Made by a program: the position numbers and the translations under genes | Source: Armatimonadota bacterium | GTDB lineage: Bacteria > Armatimonadota > SYMT01 | NCBI GenBank assembly: GCA_041690135.1 | Contig: JAWLHY010000003.1 | Location: 832,001 to 896,000, forward strand | Direction: 5' to 3' | Length of the DNA stretch: 64,000 nt | Shown here: positions 48,665 to 57,619 of the stretch, piece after piece | Layout: the number at the start of each line of letters is the position of its first letter | Numbering within the stretch: the stretch's first letter is position 1 | Notes under the pieces: model-generated | The model's database searches: none | Told to the model about the DNA's origin: nothing | What the model saw: the letters and a program-made list of their open reading frames with translations, nothing else

Positions 48665-49123
48665 ATGAGCGCTACCCGAATTCAGTGCTTACTCGACGCG
48701 CCCCGTGACAAGGTCTACAACGCTTTGATCGACGCGAATGCCATCCCGCGGTGGAGGGTGCCGGAGGGGATGCGCTGCCACGTCCACACGTTCGAGGCGT
48801 GGGAAGGGGGCGCCTTCCGGGTCTCCCTGACCTATGACGCACCGACCGGTACGGGCAAAACGACCGCGCACACCGACACGTACCACGGCCGCTTCGTGGA
48901 GTTGGTGCCGAACGAACGGGTGGTGGAAGTGGTGGAGTTCGAGACGGACGATCCGGCGCTTCAGGGCGAAATGACCATTACCACCACGCTTGCGGATGCG
49001 GACGGCGGCACCGACCTAACCGCCGTGCATGAGGGACTGCCGCCCGGCGTGTCACCCGCGGACAACGAGTTGGGCTGGAAAATGTCGCTCGCGAAGCTGG
49101 CGGTGCTCGTAGAGGAAGGCTAA
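48665..49123 (+). CDS. SRPBCC/AHSA1 domain protein
   Basis: APRDKVY.A, GGAFRVSL, GRFVELVPNERVV, NELGWKMSLAKLA. Confidence 0.9.
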   Translation: MSATRIQCLLDAPRDKVYNALIDANAIPRWRVPEGMRCHVHTFEAWEGGAFRVSLTYDAPTGTGKTTAHTDTYHGRFVELVPNERVVEVVEFETDDPALQGEMTITTTLADADGGTDLTAVHEGLPPGVSPADNELGWKMSLAKLAVLVEEG

Positions 49124-49346
49124 AGGATTGCCGAAATGACCGTTGCGGCTGGGCGAGTGAACTCGCGCCTACAAAGGGCGAAGCCGACACCCCCTCGGGG
49201 CGTAAACCTCCGTCGGCTAGACACACTCGAGCGGTTATTCGTTGACAGATCCTAAGGGGCAGCCACGCACACACCAATTGTTTTGCGTCGCACACCCGGT
49301 AGGATCGTGCTACCCTTGGGAAGGCAGGCACCCGTTGGAGGGCGAT

Positions 49347-49526
49347 GTGCGTTTGATCATTGAGATCGATCAAGAAGAAGACGGGCGCTTCATTGCCGAG
49401 GTGGTCGACTTACCTGGCGTAGTTGCTTATGGCGAAACCAACGACGAAGCTCTCGCTCTCGTCCAGGCTCTCGCCCTCCGCGTGCTGGCAGAGCGGGTGG
49501 AAAACGGCGAGCCGCTTCCCCTCTGA
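49347..49526 (+). CDS. hicB: HicB-like antitoxin (orphan; no adjacent hicA)
   Basis: IEIDQEEDGRFIAEVVDLPGVVAYGETNDEA; GTG start with GGAGG RBS. Confidence 0.8.
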   Translation: MRLIIEIDQEEDGRFIAEVVDLPGVVAYGETNDEALALVQALALRVLAERVENGEPLPL

Positions 49527-49647
49527 CACCCGACGACCTCTGATTCCTCGTGAGACCTGGTAATCGCAACCCCTGACGCCACGACCGCCGACTACCATAT
49601 TGCTCCCGCAGATCGTCCGGGTCTGGCGAGCTACTGGGAGTTGGGAC

Positions 49648-50148
49648 ATGGAGGATTTCTTGCTTCCCGAAAGACGTGCGGAATTGTTGGCACGGCGCGC
49701 CGAACTGCAGGAACGGTTATGTCAGGAGGAGGCGGCTGCGAGCCTTCGGCGGAGTACTGCGCCGTTGGACGAAGCAGGTGTCGAATACGCGCTGACGGAC
49801 GAGGCGTCTGCCATATCCTGGATCCGTCACCACATCCCCATTACCACCTGGAACTGCGTCGACTGGGCAAAGGTTGATGGACATCAGTACGTTCGGGAGG
49901 ATGAAGTCCCGTCGGCAGCCGCGTGGTTGGAATCCATTGCCCACGAGATCGGGATAGAGGACCCGGAGATCATCGTCGTGTATGCGGCTGCCCACCGCCC
50001 GTGCCTGCGGATGCGGTTCGGCGAACTCGTCAGGCACGTGGAGCAAGTGATCGATTGGTCCTGGGACAACTGGATCTTCGACGAGAACGGCGACTGGCTC
50101 ATTGAGTACTTTCATCACGGAAGGTGGTGCTGGGGACGGGGCCGATGA
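49648..50148 (+). CDS. Putative CDI-type immunity protein
   Basis: PITTWNCVDW...DNWIFDENGDWLIEYFHHG resembles CdiI-like immunity proteins (recognised from memory). Confidence 0.5.
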   Translation: MEDFLLPERRAELLARRAELQERLCQEEAAASLRRSTAPLDEAGVEYALTDEASAISWIRHHIPITTWNCVDWAKVDGHQYVREDEVPSAAAWLESIAHEIGIEDPEIIVVYAAAHRPCLRMRFGELVRHVEQVIDWSWDNWIFDENGDWLIEYFHHGRWCWGRGR

Positions 50149-50705
50149 CCGCGCGCGACTACCAGGACTTGCTGGAGTTCAGTGACTGCTGGCTGCGGCT
50201 GGGGGTGTTGACCGAGGAGCAACTGTTCTCTCTCGGCCGCGAGTTCACCCGGAGTGAACCTCAGCCCACGGAGCATTTCCGGTACTACGTCTTCCGCGAG
50301 TATCTGGCGTCCCACCGGCCACTGCGTTCCGCGATGGCCGAGGCACTCTACGAGCTATGGAAGCAGGACCCGGATGGGTCCATGGGGCGAGCGATGATGT
50401 ACGATATCGTCGAATTGCCGTAATGCCCGGAGACGGTGCGCGAGTGGGCCGCAGGCTCCGGCGAGAAGCCCCTGGTTCGGTTGGTGTGGCGCAAGCGACT
50501 TTTAGGGCAGGTGGAAGTGGACCTGACTGCAGAAGTGTTTGAAGCATGTCTTGCCAGCGAGGATACAGCCGTGCAGCGGGAGTTGTTGGCACGAGCGGAG
50601 CTTTCCCGTGAACAGTTGGAGCAACTGGCGCGGGTGGGGATTACCCGCGCCGTGCGCAATCTCGCAGCGGCACGTATTCGAGCATACCGCTACTCCGCCG
50701 GATAG
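50145..50705 (+). pseudogene. Hypothetical helical protein split by an in-frame TAA
   Basis: ...YDIVELP*CPETVREW... continues in the same frame past the TAA at 50421-50423. Confidence 0.65.
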
Positions 50706-50729
50706 TTTCGGGTCGTGTGGATGAAGAAG

Positions 50730-51173
50730 ATGAGCCTTAAGAAATTGCTGCCGGTCCTGGCGCTGACTGTACTGGTACCCCCTATCATCGCCCATTCCCC
50801 TCGCCCGGTCCTGGCGGCGCCGGCAGCGACGGAATCCCGGAGCGATGCGATCCTGGGCCGCGCCTTCAAGGAGCGGATCAGCAACTTCCAGGTGGAGGGC
50901 AGCGGCGAGGTGACGAAACTCCTTCCGGACGACCAGAAGGGCAGCCGACACCAGCGCTTTATCCTCCGCCTGCGCTCCGGTCAGACGCTCCTGATTGCGC
51001 ACAACATCGACATTGCCCCACGCGTGGCGCCGCTGAAGGAGCGGGACCAGGTTCAGTTCTTTGGGGAATACGAGTGGAACGACAAGGGTGGCGTGATCCA
51101 CTGGACCCACCGGGACCCGGCCGGCCGCCATGTCGCCGGTTGGCTGAAACACAAGGGCCGAACCTACCAGTAG
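50730..51173 (+). CDS. DUF3465 domain exported protein
   Basis: QVEGSGEVTKLLPDDQKGSRHQRFIL, IAHNIDIAPR, GEYEWN..GGVIHWTHRDP. Confidence 0.9.
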   Translation: MSLKKLLPVLALTVLVPPIIAHSPRPVLAAPAATESRSDAILGRAFKERISNFQVEGSGEVTKLLPDDQKGSRHQRFILRLRSGQTLLIAHNIDIAPRVAPLKERDQVQFFGEYEWNDKGGVIHWTHRDPAGRHVAGWLKHKGRTYQ

Positions 51174-51303
51174 CGGTGTAACGGGTTCCGGCTATCGGGT
51201 GCCGGGCAGCGCACCCGGTACCGAGCCGGCGAGCCCGCCTGGGGCTCCGGAAAACGTAACTTGGGCTCCAGTACCGCCGTCAAAAGAGGTGGAGGCCCAT
51301 CTC

Positions 51304-52128
51304 ATGCCGCGCTGGAACCTGTTCGTCCTGGTGGTTGCCGCATCCCTCGCAAGTGGAACACCCCTGTTTGCGCAGACGCCGGACTCGCTCGACGAGCTTC
51401 GCAAACAGATCCAGGTCCTGCGAATCCAGAAGGACTTCACCCGTCAGGAGTTGGTGAAACTGCTGGCGACCACTCCGCAGAGCCCCTATTACTGCCCGAC
51501 CGGCGAACTCTGGCCCGCCTTCGAGGCCGGAGCGCAGCACCCGGAGCGGACTGTCCGGGTCCTGCTGGACCTCTACCGGGCTCAGAAGGACCGCTGGAAA
51601 CGGTACCATCTGTTGACGGCGCTAAGCCGCGAGCGGCATCCGGCCCTCCGTGAGTTCTGGCTCAAGCTCCTGGCCGACCCCAACTTGCCCGCGGATTACC
51701 GGTGGCCGGTGGTGAGCGGCGTAGGGAGGTGCGGCACTGATCGGGACGTGACGGATCTCGCGCGCCGCCTCGGAACACACAGCCAGTGGGATAACGCCAT
51801 CCTGTTCGTGCTAAGTGAGCGTCCGCAGCCGGGCGCCCGACCCGCCCTCCTGGCGCGCTTTCGGGATCGGAAGGCCACCGACGGTGTTCGCACGGGCGCC
51901 CTGCGGGTGCTGGTGCGGTTAGGGGGAGCGGAGGTGGCCGGATACCTCCGTGAGGCTGCCCGCGATGAGAGCGAGGCGGTGCGGAAGGCGGGTGTCACTC
52001 TCAAGAAACAACTCCGAAGCTTACAACAGCGTGTTGGCGATTTCCACTGTGCCGAACTTCGATCCAACCATCGCCATCGCCTCTTGGCCGGGTGTGCCGG
52101 TTCGGTTGTCCTGAAGACCAAAGCTTGA
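51304..52128 (+). CDS. Exported HEAT-repeat-like protein
   Basis: Signal peptide; VRTGALRVLVRLG and DESEAVRKA motifs. Confidence 0.6.
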   Translation: MPRWNLFVLVVAASLASGTPLFAQTPDSLDELRKQIQVLRIQKDFTRQELVKLLATTPQSPYYCPTGELWPAFEAGAQHPERTVRVLLDLYRAQKDRWKRYHLLTALSRERHPALREFWLKLLADPNLPADYRWPVVSGVGRCGTDRDVTDLARRLGTHSQWDNAILFVLSERPQPGARPALLARFRDRKATDGVRTGALRVLVRLGGAEVAGYLREAARDESEAVRKAGVTLKKQLRSLQQRVGDFHCAELRSNHRHRLLAGCAGSVVLKTKA

Positions 52129-52171
52129 TACACGAGGTAGGTCATCGTTTCTGCGGGTTGAGGTCGCGGCT

Positions 52172-52966
52172 ATGAATCGATTTGCAGGGGTTCGGGCCTC
52201 CCAGGGTCCTGGCAGGTTCCGACGGTGGTGGGGAGCCGGTCTTGCCGCCGCAACTGCCGCGGTGTGGATCGGGGTGGCCGGAATGCATCAGAGGCAGCGC
52301 AATGACCGCCTCGTCTGGGCCGTTCACCGCGACAACGCCGCAGAAGTATCGGACCTCCTCCGAAGCGGGGCGAGAGCGAATGCGAAATATCGGTTCGCCT
52401 TCGACCTGTCCCGCGGCAATCGATACAAGCCTACTGGTGAGAGTCGTGTGGTGCACTGGCGACCGCTGCTTGTCTTGGCCGCATGGCGAGGTCGGCCCGC
52501 TATCGTAGAAGCTCTTCTGGCACACGGAGCGGACCCCAATGCCGCAGATGAAGCAGGACGGTCCGCCCTGATGTATGCACTGATCTACGAGCACGCGGAG
52601 GTAGTCAAGCTACTACTTGACAGCGGTGCCGCGGTGAACGCGGCCGACATCGCAGGGAATACAGCAGTGACCTATGCCGCTATGGAAGACAATACCGACG
52701 CGCTTCGCCAGCTAGGTGCCCGTGGAGCGGAATTGGACGCCCGGGTGGAAAGTGGGCAAACGCCATTGATGCTGGCCGCCAGAGAGGGCAAGAGTGCAGC
52801 GGTACGAACCCTGATCGACTTGGGGGCCAACGTCGCGCTGAGTGATGGGTACGGTCGTACGGCCGGGGAACTGGCCCACCAAAAGGGACACTCGGACATT
52901 GCCGCAGTACTCAAACGCGCCGAAGCAAGGCGCCGCGTCCCGGTTTCTACCGATCCAGCGAGTTAA
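52172..52966 (+). CDS. Ankyrin repeat protein
   Basis: GADPNAADEAGRSALMYA, GNTAVTYAA, GQTPLMLAA, GRTA. Confidence 0.92.
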   Translation: MNRFAGVRASQGPGRFRRWWGAGLAAATAAVWIGVAGMHQRQRNDRLVWAVHRDNAAEVSDLLRSGARANAKYRFAFDLSRGNRYKPTGESRVVHWRPLLVLAAWRGRPAIVEALLAHGADPNAADEAGRSALMYALIYEHAEVVKLLLDSGAAVNAADIAGNTAVTYAAMEDNTDALRQLGARGAELDARVESGQTPLMLAAREGKSAAVRTLIDLGANVALSDGYGRTAGELAHQKGHSDIAAVLKRAEARRRVPVSTDPAS

Positions 52967-53088
52967 GCATGCCTCGTATCGCTCGCTATCGGGATCCAAG
53001 CCGAACCGTGGCAGTTCTGGCGCTGAATGGGACGCCTGAGTGTTAACGGATAGCTCCGAAGAATACCGGATGGGTATGGAGGTGAACG

Positions 53089-53424
53089 GTGGGTTCTGAT
53101 GGAGAGTGCCAGATTCTCGCATTCGTGGAAGTCGTGTGCCGGCGCCCCGCGATGTACACGCTCACTGGCACCTTTGGGGAAGCGGTCAGCTTCCTGGAAG
53201 GCTGGTACGGCGCCACTGCCCGGTATGGCAGCCATGCAGGTGCGGAACTTGCGGATCGGGAGTGGACCGGGTTTGGTTGCTGGCTCTCGGGAAAAATCGG
53301 GTCCACGGAGGACACCCGTGGAGCCATGCAAGCTCTGCGCCTCATGTGTCCCAACGATGACGCAGCATTCAGCAGAGCCCAGAGTCTGTACGAGGAATAC
53401 TTCAAGAGCCTCGAGAGGGACTGA
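53089..53424 (+). CDS. Small hypothetical protein (possible immunity family)
   Basis: RRPAMY...SFLEGW...FGCWL; GGAGG RBS upstream. Confidence 0.55.
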   Translation: MGSDGECQILAFVEVVCRRPAMYTLTGTFGEAVSFLEGWYGATARYGSHAGAELADREWTGFGCWLSGKIGSTEDTRGAMQALRLMCPNDDAAFSRAQSLYEEYFKSLERD

Positions 53425-53497
53425 CGGGCTCAATGGAGACTGGTTGGGTACGATTGACCGGTGATTCTGTTGGCAAGCTAAGGGCCTGGATTTACGG

Positions 53498-54358
53498 ATG
53501 CCTACCTTCCTCCTATCGACCTTGAGACTGCCGGCGGCGGAGGCCCTCGCCGGTGCTGCCCGCCGGCGAGGTTGGCGGGCCATCGCTCTCGACCGGGTGC
53601 CGGATCCCCAGGTAGAGGACTACGCCGTCTTCTACGGTGGGACGGACGTGGCCGACGCCGTGGCTGCCCGGTTCGACCTGGCGCTGGTGGAGCCGCCCTT
53701 TGACCTGCTCGTCCGGACACCCTATGCGCTCCGTCTCCGGGCCGTGGAGTACGCCCGCTACGATGAACTGGAGCCGTTCAACACGCCCACCTTTGTGAAA
53801 CCGGCGGACCCGCGCCGGAAAGCCTTCGACGCCGGCATCTACCGGGACGTTCGTGAGGCTCGCCTGGAGAGCGCGCTCGATCCGCGGATGCCGGTTCTGG
53901 TTGCGGAGCCGGTGGAGTGGTTGGAAGAGCACCGGTGCTTCATCCTGGACGGGGGAGTGGTCGCCTTCTCGCCCTACCTGCGGTTCGGGCGGCCCGTGTG
54001 GCGACCCTTCGACCGAGAAAGTGGACCGGTCCCGCTCCCCCCGCAGGTTCACGAGTTTTGCCGGAGACTGCTGTCGAGCCCGGAGCTTTCCCTGCCTCCC
54101 GCATTCGTGGTGGACATCGGCTACGTGGACGGGCGCGGTTGGGCGGTGGTGGAGTACAACCCCGCCTGGTGTTCCAGCCTCCTTGGGGCCGACCCGGCGG
54201 GAGCGCTTTCCGCTATCGCGCGGGCGAGTTGCAGTCGTGAGCGGCGCAGTGCCGGAGACCGGGGGTGGGTCGCCGCGCACCCTCCGGATCCGGGACGGGC
54301 AAAATGGCGGAGACAGGATCCTGTCTGGACCGGCGCCCATGCCGGCGCCATGACGTGA
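53498..54358 (+). CDS. ATP-grasp domain protein (DUF4343/R2K-like)
   Basis: FVKPAD..KAFDAGIY, EPVEWLEEHRCFILDG, VVDIG....GWAVVEYNPAWCS. Confidence 0.85.
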   Translation: MPTFLLSTLRLPAAEALAGAARRRGWRAIALDRVPDPQVEDYAVFYGGTDVADAVAARFDLALVEPPFDLLVRTPYALRLRAVEYARYDELEPFNTPTFVKPADPRRKAFDAGIYRDVREARLESALDPRMPVLVAEPVEWLEEHRCFILDGGVVAFSPYLRFGRPVWRPFDRESGPVPLPPQVHEFCRRLLSSPELSLPPAFVVDIGYVDGRGWAVVEYNPAWCSSLLGADPAGALSAIARASCSRERRSAGDRGWVAAHPPDPGRAKWRRQDPVWTGAHAGAMT

Positions 54359-54625
54359 GGCGGGAGATTCCATCGGCAATCGCCGTCTTCGAGTACGACT
54401 CTCTGGAAGACCGCGAGGCCGATATCGCGCGCATCCTTCGCCTGCGGGAAGAAGAGGGTGGGACCGGCGAGGGGATCCTGCTGAACTGGATCTTCATGCC
54501 GCCGGGGAGCGTGCGCTGTTGAAGATGGGAGGGGTTATCACAGCTAGCACCGTTTGCCAGGGTTCAGGCAACATAATCTGGGAAGCATTCAACGCCGCAC
54601 TGGCGCTCCACAAGACCGAGGCACC

Positions 54626-54847
54626 ATGTCCGAACAAGCGACACAGATCCTGGAGCGTGCGCTCCGACTACCCCCTACCGACCGAGCAGAGGTCGTCGAG
54701 AAACTGCTTTGCAGCCTGGACCGTCCCGATGCGCACCTCGACGAGACCTGGGCGGAGGAGGTAGAGGCTAGAATTTCTGCCTATGAAGCGGGTCAGATCC
54801 AGGCGTTTGAAGCGGATGATGTTTTCGCGGAGCTAGACCACCAGTGA
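54626..54847 (+). CDS. Addiction-module antitoxin (TIGR02574-like)
   Basis: ALRLPPTDRAEVVEKLLCSLD...WAEEVEARI..YEAG; overlaps the toxin start. Confidence 0.88.
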   Translation: MSEQATQILERALRLPPTDRAEVVEKLLCSLDRPDAHLDETWAEEVEARISAYEAGQIQAFEADDVFAELDHQ

Positions 54848-55138
54848 GAATTCGCTTCCTCGCCCCGGCTCGCGAGGAGTTGCGGCAGGGCATTCTCTAC
54901 TACAACGGCCAGCGTGCCGGCCTCGGCCGGGAGTTTCGGGACGCAGTTCGTGCCGGTGTCCAGCGCATCCGCGAACACCCGCTTGCCTGGCATCCCCTGA
55001 GCGAGCACTCGGCGGCATTTGCTGCATCGCTTTCCTTACGGCATCATCTACCAGATCCGCGAGGATGAAATCCTGATTGTTGCGGTTGCGCATCTTCACC
55101 GTGAGCCAGAGTATTGGCAAGAACGGACCCAAGAGTAG
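54844..55138 (+). pseudogene. RelE/ParE-family toxin with a frameshift near 55007
   Basis: MRIRFLAPAREEL...HPLAW, then RRHLLHRFPYGIIYQ...IVAVAHLHREPEYW in a different frame; consistent with a 2-nt loss in CAC-ACT. Confidence 0.85.
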
Positions 55139-55843
55139 CTAGGAGCCGGCAGTTGGAACCGTTCCGGTGCCGTAGATGAAGAACCGCTCGGTGGTGCGGA
55201 CTTCCATTTGCAGACCATAGGTGGCCAGGCGGGACTGTAGCTCCTCGGGGTCGTAGTAAATCTTTACGATCCGGAATTCGCGGCCGTCGTTGAGGCGGCG
55301 GGTCGCCAGTAGCTCCTCCTCTTCGGGAAGAGGCTGGTCGAGCGGAGTACCCAGGGGCTCCCGGCGCGAATCAGCGAAGAAGAGCTTCCCACCCGGGCGC
55401 ACGGCACGCCGCAGCTTCGCCAGGAAGGGATCGAGCTGTTCCGGAGGCACGTGGGAGAGCCAGAAGCAGAAGACGGCTCCATCGTAAACCTCCTCCGGCT
55501 CCCAGTCGAAGAGATCGGCCTGGAGATACCGTACCCGCGGACTGTTGACGCGGTGCCGGTTGAGGGCCAGCATCTCCTCACTACCGTCGACCGCCGTCAC
55601 CCGGTCGGCCATCCGGCTCAGGGGCAGGGTCCAGTTTCCGGTCCCGCAGGCGATCTCCAGGACATGACCCGAGGGGCGCAGCCGTTCCAGGGCGTCATAC
55701 AGCTCCTGCCGCTCGTGGAACCACCGGGCATCCGACTCCGCGCCGCGTGCATAGCGTCCCCGCCGCTCCCACCACTCGTTGTATTCGGCGGCCCGGGCGT
55801 TGTAGTAGGCCTGCTGTTCCTGGAGATGCGTCTCGTCGATCAT
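55139..55843 (-). CDS. Class I SAM-dependent methyltransferase
   Basis: YYNARAAEY, VLEIACGTG, VDGSEEML, FWLSHVP, RPGG. Confidence 0.92.
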   Translation of the reverse strand: MIDETHLQEQQAYYNARAAEYNEWWERRGRYARGAESDARWFHERQELYDALERLRPSGHVLEIACGTGNWTLPLSRMADRVTAVDGSEEMLALNRHRVNSPRVRYLQADLFDWEPEEVYDGAVFCFWLSHVPPEQLDPFLAKLRRAVRPGGKLFFADSRREPLGTPLDQPLPEEEELLATRRLNDGREFRIVKIYYDPEELQSRLATYGLQMEVRTTERFFIYGTGTVPTAGS

Positions 55844-55996
55844 AGAGAAATCCGATAGGACTTTAGCGCGATGGGTCCTTTCAACGATACCTCATCCGAG
55901 ACGTTGTGCCCCGACTCCGTATACCGCTTGCGTAGGGGTCACGAACGGGCGCAGAACACGGAAAACGGATCGGGCGCGAGAGAGCGCGGTGCAAGG

Positions 55997-56491
55997 ATGC
56001 CCTGGAAAGTCATCGAGCGGCGCATTGGCAAGGCGGGTCCCCTCCACCGCCGCCAGGCCCGGCAGCGGGAGTGGGACCGCCAGTACGGCGAGGGCAACTG
56101 GGAGATTGGCTATGTCCTGGACGGGGAGTTCGTGACGCAGGAGACGGCCCTGGAGTCGGTCTACTACGCCAGTTACGAGCGGCACTTCCAGGACCACCCC
56201 GCGGACCTGGAGGAGTTGATCGGGTTAGCCCGGGTACTTCACAACCCCCACGCCGAAGCCACGACGGGAGTGGATCTCCAGGTCCCGGCGATCACGGACT
56301 ACCTAGACCGCCACGGCCTCACGCTCCTGGGCCGCGAGGTGGTGGACATCGGCTCCTGGCATGGCCAGGCATCGCACCCCGTCAGCATCCGCCTGAGCCC
56401 GCTGCAGATCCGGTGCGTGGTGGACCCAAAGTTGACCCTGGAGCAGTTCTGGCAGGAGCGGAAGTGCCTGGCCGTCTGGCAGGATGAATGA
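55997..56491 (+). CDS. Hypothetical protein
   Basis: Host codon usage, AAGG RBS; NPHAEATTGVDLQVPAI. Confidence 0.75.
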   Translation: MPWKVIERRIGKAGPLHRRQARQREWDRQYGEGNWEIGYVLDGEFVTQETALESVYYASYERHFQDHPADLEELIGLARVLHNPHAEATTGVDLQVPAITDYLDRHGLTLLGREVVDIGSWHGQASHPVSIRLSPLQIRCVVDPKLTLEQFWQERKCLAVWQDE

Positions 56492-56500
56492 GAAGGAATC

Positions 56501-56530
56501 AAAAAGCGCTCCGGACCGAGTCCGGAGCGC
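56501..56530 (-). terminator. Rho-independent terminator (also at 56955-56984 and 57409-57438)
   Basis: GCGCTCCGGAC-TCG-GTCCGGAGCGC followed by TTTTT on the minus strand. Confidence 0.85.
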
Positions 56531-56532
56531 GA

Positions 56533-56633
56533 TGCGGAAGGGGGGACTTGAACCCCCATGGATTTCTCCACACGCCCCTCAAACGCTTGCCCCCCCTCGG
56601 GGGGTAAACGTCTGCCAATTCCGCCACTTCCGC
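56533..56633 (-). pseudogene. tRNA-Leu-derived copy with a 19-nt hairpin insertion
   Basis: Matches the tRNA at 57441-57522 except for an insert GTTTACCCCCCGAGGGGGG and GCGCA>GCAAG at the anticodon stem (101 vs 82 nt). Confidence 0.9.
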
Positions 56634-56923
56634 TATTCTGGAAACTCGGTGCACCGGGTCCCGTGCTCCCGCATGTAGGCTTCCTTCTCGGCGCGGGTGT
56701 GGTGTTTGAACCAGCTCTCCAGCCGGCGCGCGGCCGGGGCATCGGGCTGGACCTCATACCAGAGGAGCGTCACCGGCAGGTGCATCCGGGTGATCGTCGG
56801 GCCACGCCCCGCCTGGTGCTCCCGAACCCGTTCTTCCAGCCGCTGCGTGATGCCGGTGTAGTAACGCCCGTCCGCCAGCAACAGCACGTAGACGTACCAC
56901 ACGGGGGAGGGGGCTTCGCTCAT
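56633..56923 (-). CDS. Small GIY-YIG nuclease (96 aa), copy 2
   Basis: WYVYVL..ADGRYYTGIT..LEERVREHQAG.G...T...P..L.WYE......ARRLE..FK. Confidence 0.92.
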   Translation of the reverse strand: MSEAPSPVWYVYVLLLADGRYYTGITQRLEERVREHQAGRGPTITRMHLPVTLLWYEVQPDAPAARRLESWFKHHTRAEKEAYMREHGTRCTEFPE

Positions 56924-56986
56924 CGGAACTCGAGATGAAGGGGTCGGTGGAATCAAAAAGCGCTCCGGACCGAGTCCGGAGCGCGA

Positions 56987-57087
56987 TGCGGAAGGGGGGA
57001 CTTGAACCCCCATGGATTTCTCCACACGCCCCTCAAACGCTTGCCCCCCCTCGGGGGGTAAACGTCTGCCAATTCCGCCACTTCCGC
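56987..57087 (-). pseudogene. tRNA-Leu-derived copy with a 19-nt hairpin insertion
   Basis: Same sequence as 56533-56633. Confidence 0.9.
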
Positions 57088-57377
57088 TATTCTGGAAACT
57101 CGGTGCACCGGGTCCCGTGCTCCCGCATGTAGGCTTCCTTCTCGGCGCGGGTGTGGTGTTTGAACCAGCTCTCCAGCCGGCGCGCGGCCGGGGCATCGGG
57201 CTGGACCTCATACCAGAGGAGCGTCACCGGCAGGTGCATCCGGGTGATCGTCGGGCCACGCCCCGCCTGGTGCTCCCGAACCCGTTCTTCCAGCCGCTGC
57301 GTGATGCCGGTGTAGTAACGCCCGTCCGCCAGCAACAGCACGTAGACGTACCACACGGGGGAGGGGGCTTCGCTCAT
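57087..57377 (-). CDS. Small GIY-YIG nuclease (96 aa), copy 1
   Basis: Same as 56633-56923; the stop codon overlaps G1 of the tRNA copy. Confidence 0.92.
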   Translation of the reverse strand: MSEAPSPVWYVYVLLLADGRYYTGITQRLEERVREHQAGRGPTITRMHLPVTLLWYEVQPDAPAARRLESWFKHHTRAEKEAYMREHGTRCTEFPE

Positions 57378-57440
57378 CGGAACTCGAGATGAAGGGGTCG
57401 GTGGAATCAAAAAGCGCTCCGGACCGAGTCCGGAGCGCGA

Positions 57441-57522
57441 TGCGGAAGGGGGGACTTGAACCCCCATGGATTTCTCCACACGCCCCTCAAACGTGCGCGT
57501 CTGCCAATTCCGCCACTTCCGC
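57441..57522 (-). tRNA. trnL: tRNA-Leu (anticodon GAG)
   Basis: GCGGAAGTGGCGGAATTGGCAGACGCGCACGTTTGAGGGGCGTGTGGAGAAATCCATGGGGGTTCAAGTCCCCCCTTCCGCA: acceptor stem, long variable arm, T-loop; CCA not encoded. Confidence 0.95.
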
Positions 57523-57539
57523 AGGGGGTTGGTGAAGTG

Positions 57540-57568
57540 ATTGTAGCAGGCCGCCCTGCCCTCGTCAA
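57540..57568 (-). promoter_or_regulatory. Sigma70-type promoter of tRNA-Leu
   Basis: TTGACG-N17-TACAAT, 17 nt upstream of the tRNA. Confidence 0.8.
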
Positions 57569-57619
57569 TAGGGTTTCGCAAGCTCTTCCGCGGCCGTCCA
57601 GCGGCGCGGACTCCCCGCC

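Larger units (their letters stand above)
56495..57522 (-). repeat. 454-bp tandem repeat of [terminator - GIY-YIG - tRNA copy] downstream of tRNA-Leu
   Basis: GGAATCAAAAAGCGCTCC starts at 56495, 56949 and 57403; the two full units read as identical. Confidence 0.95.

Noticed and set aside
56495-57522. Prophage or genomic-island attL/attR at tRNA-Leu
   Set aside because: The duplicates include the entire tRNA with its 5' half, are only 454 bp apart, and no integrase is present.
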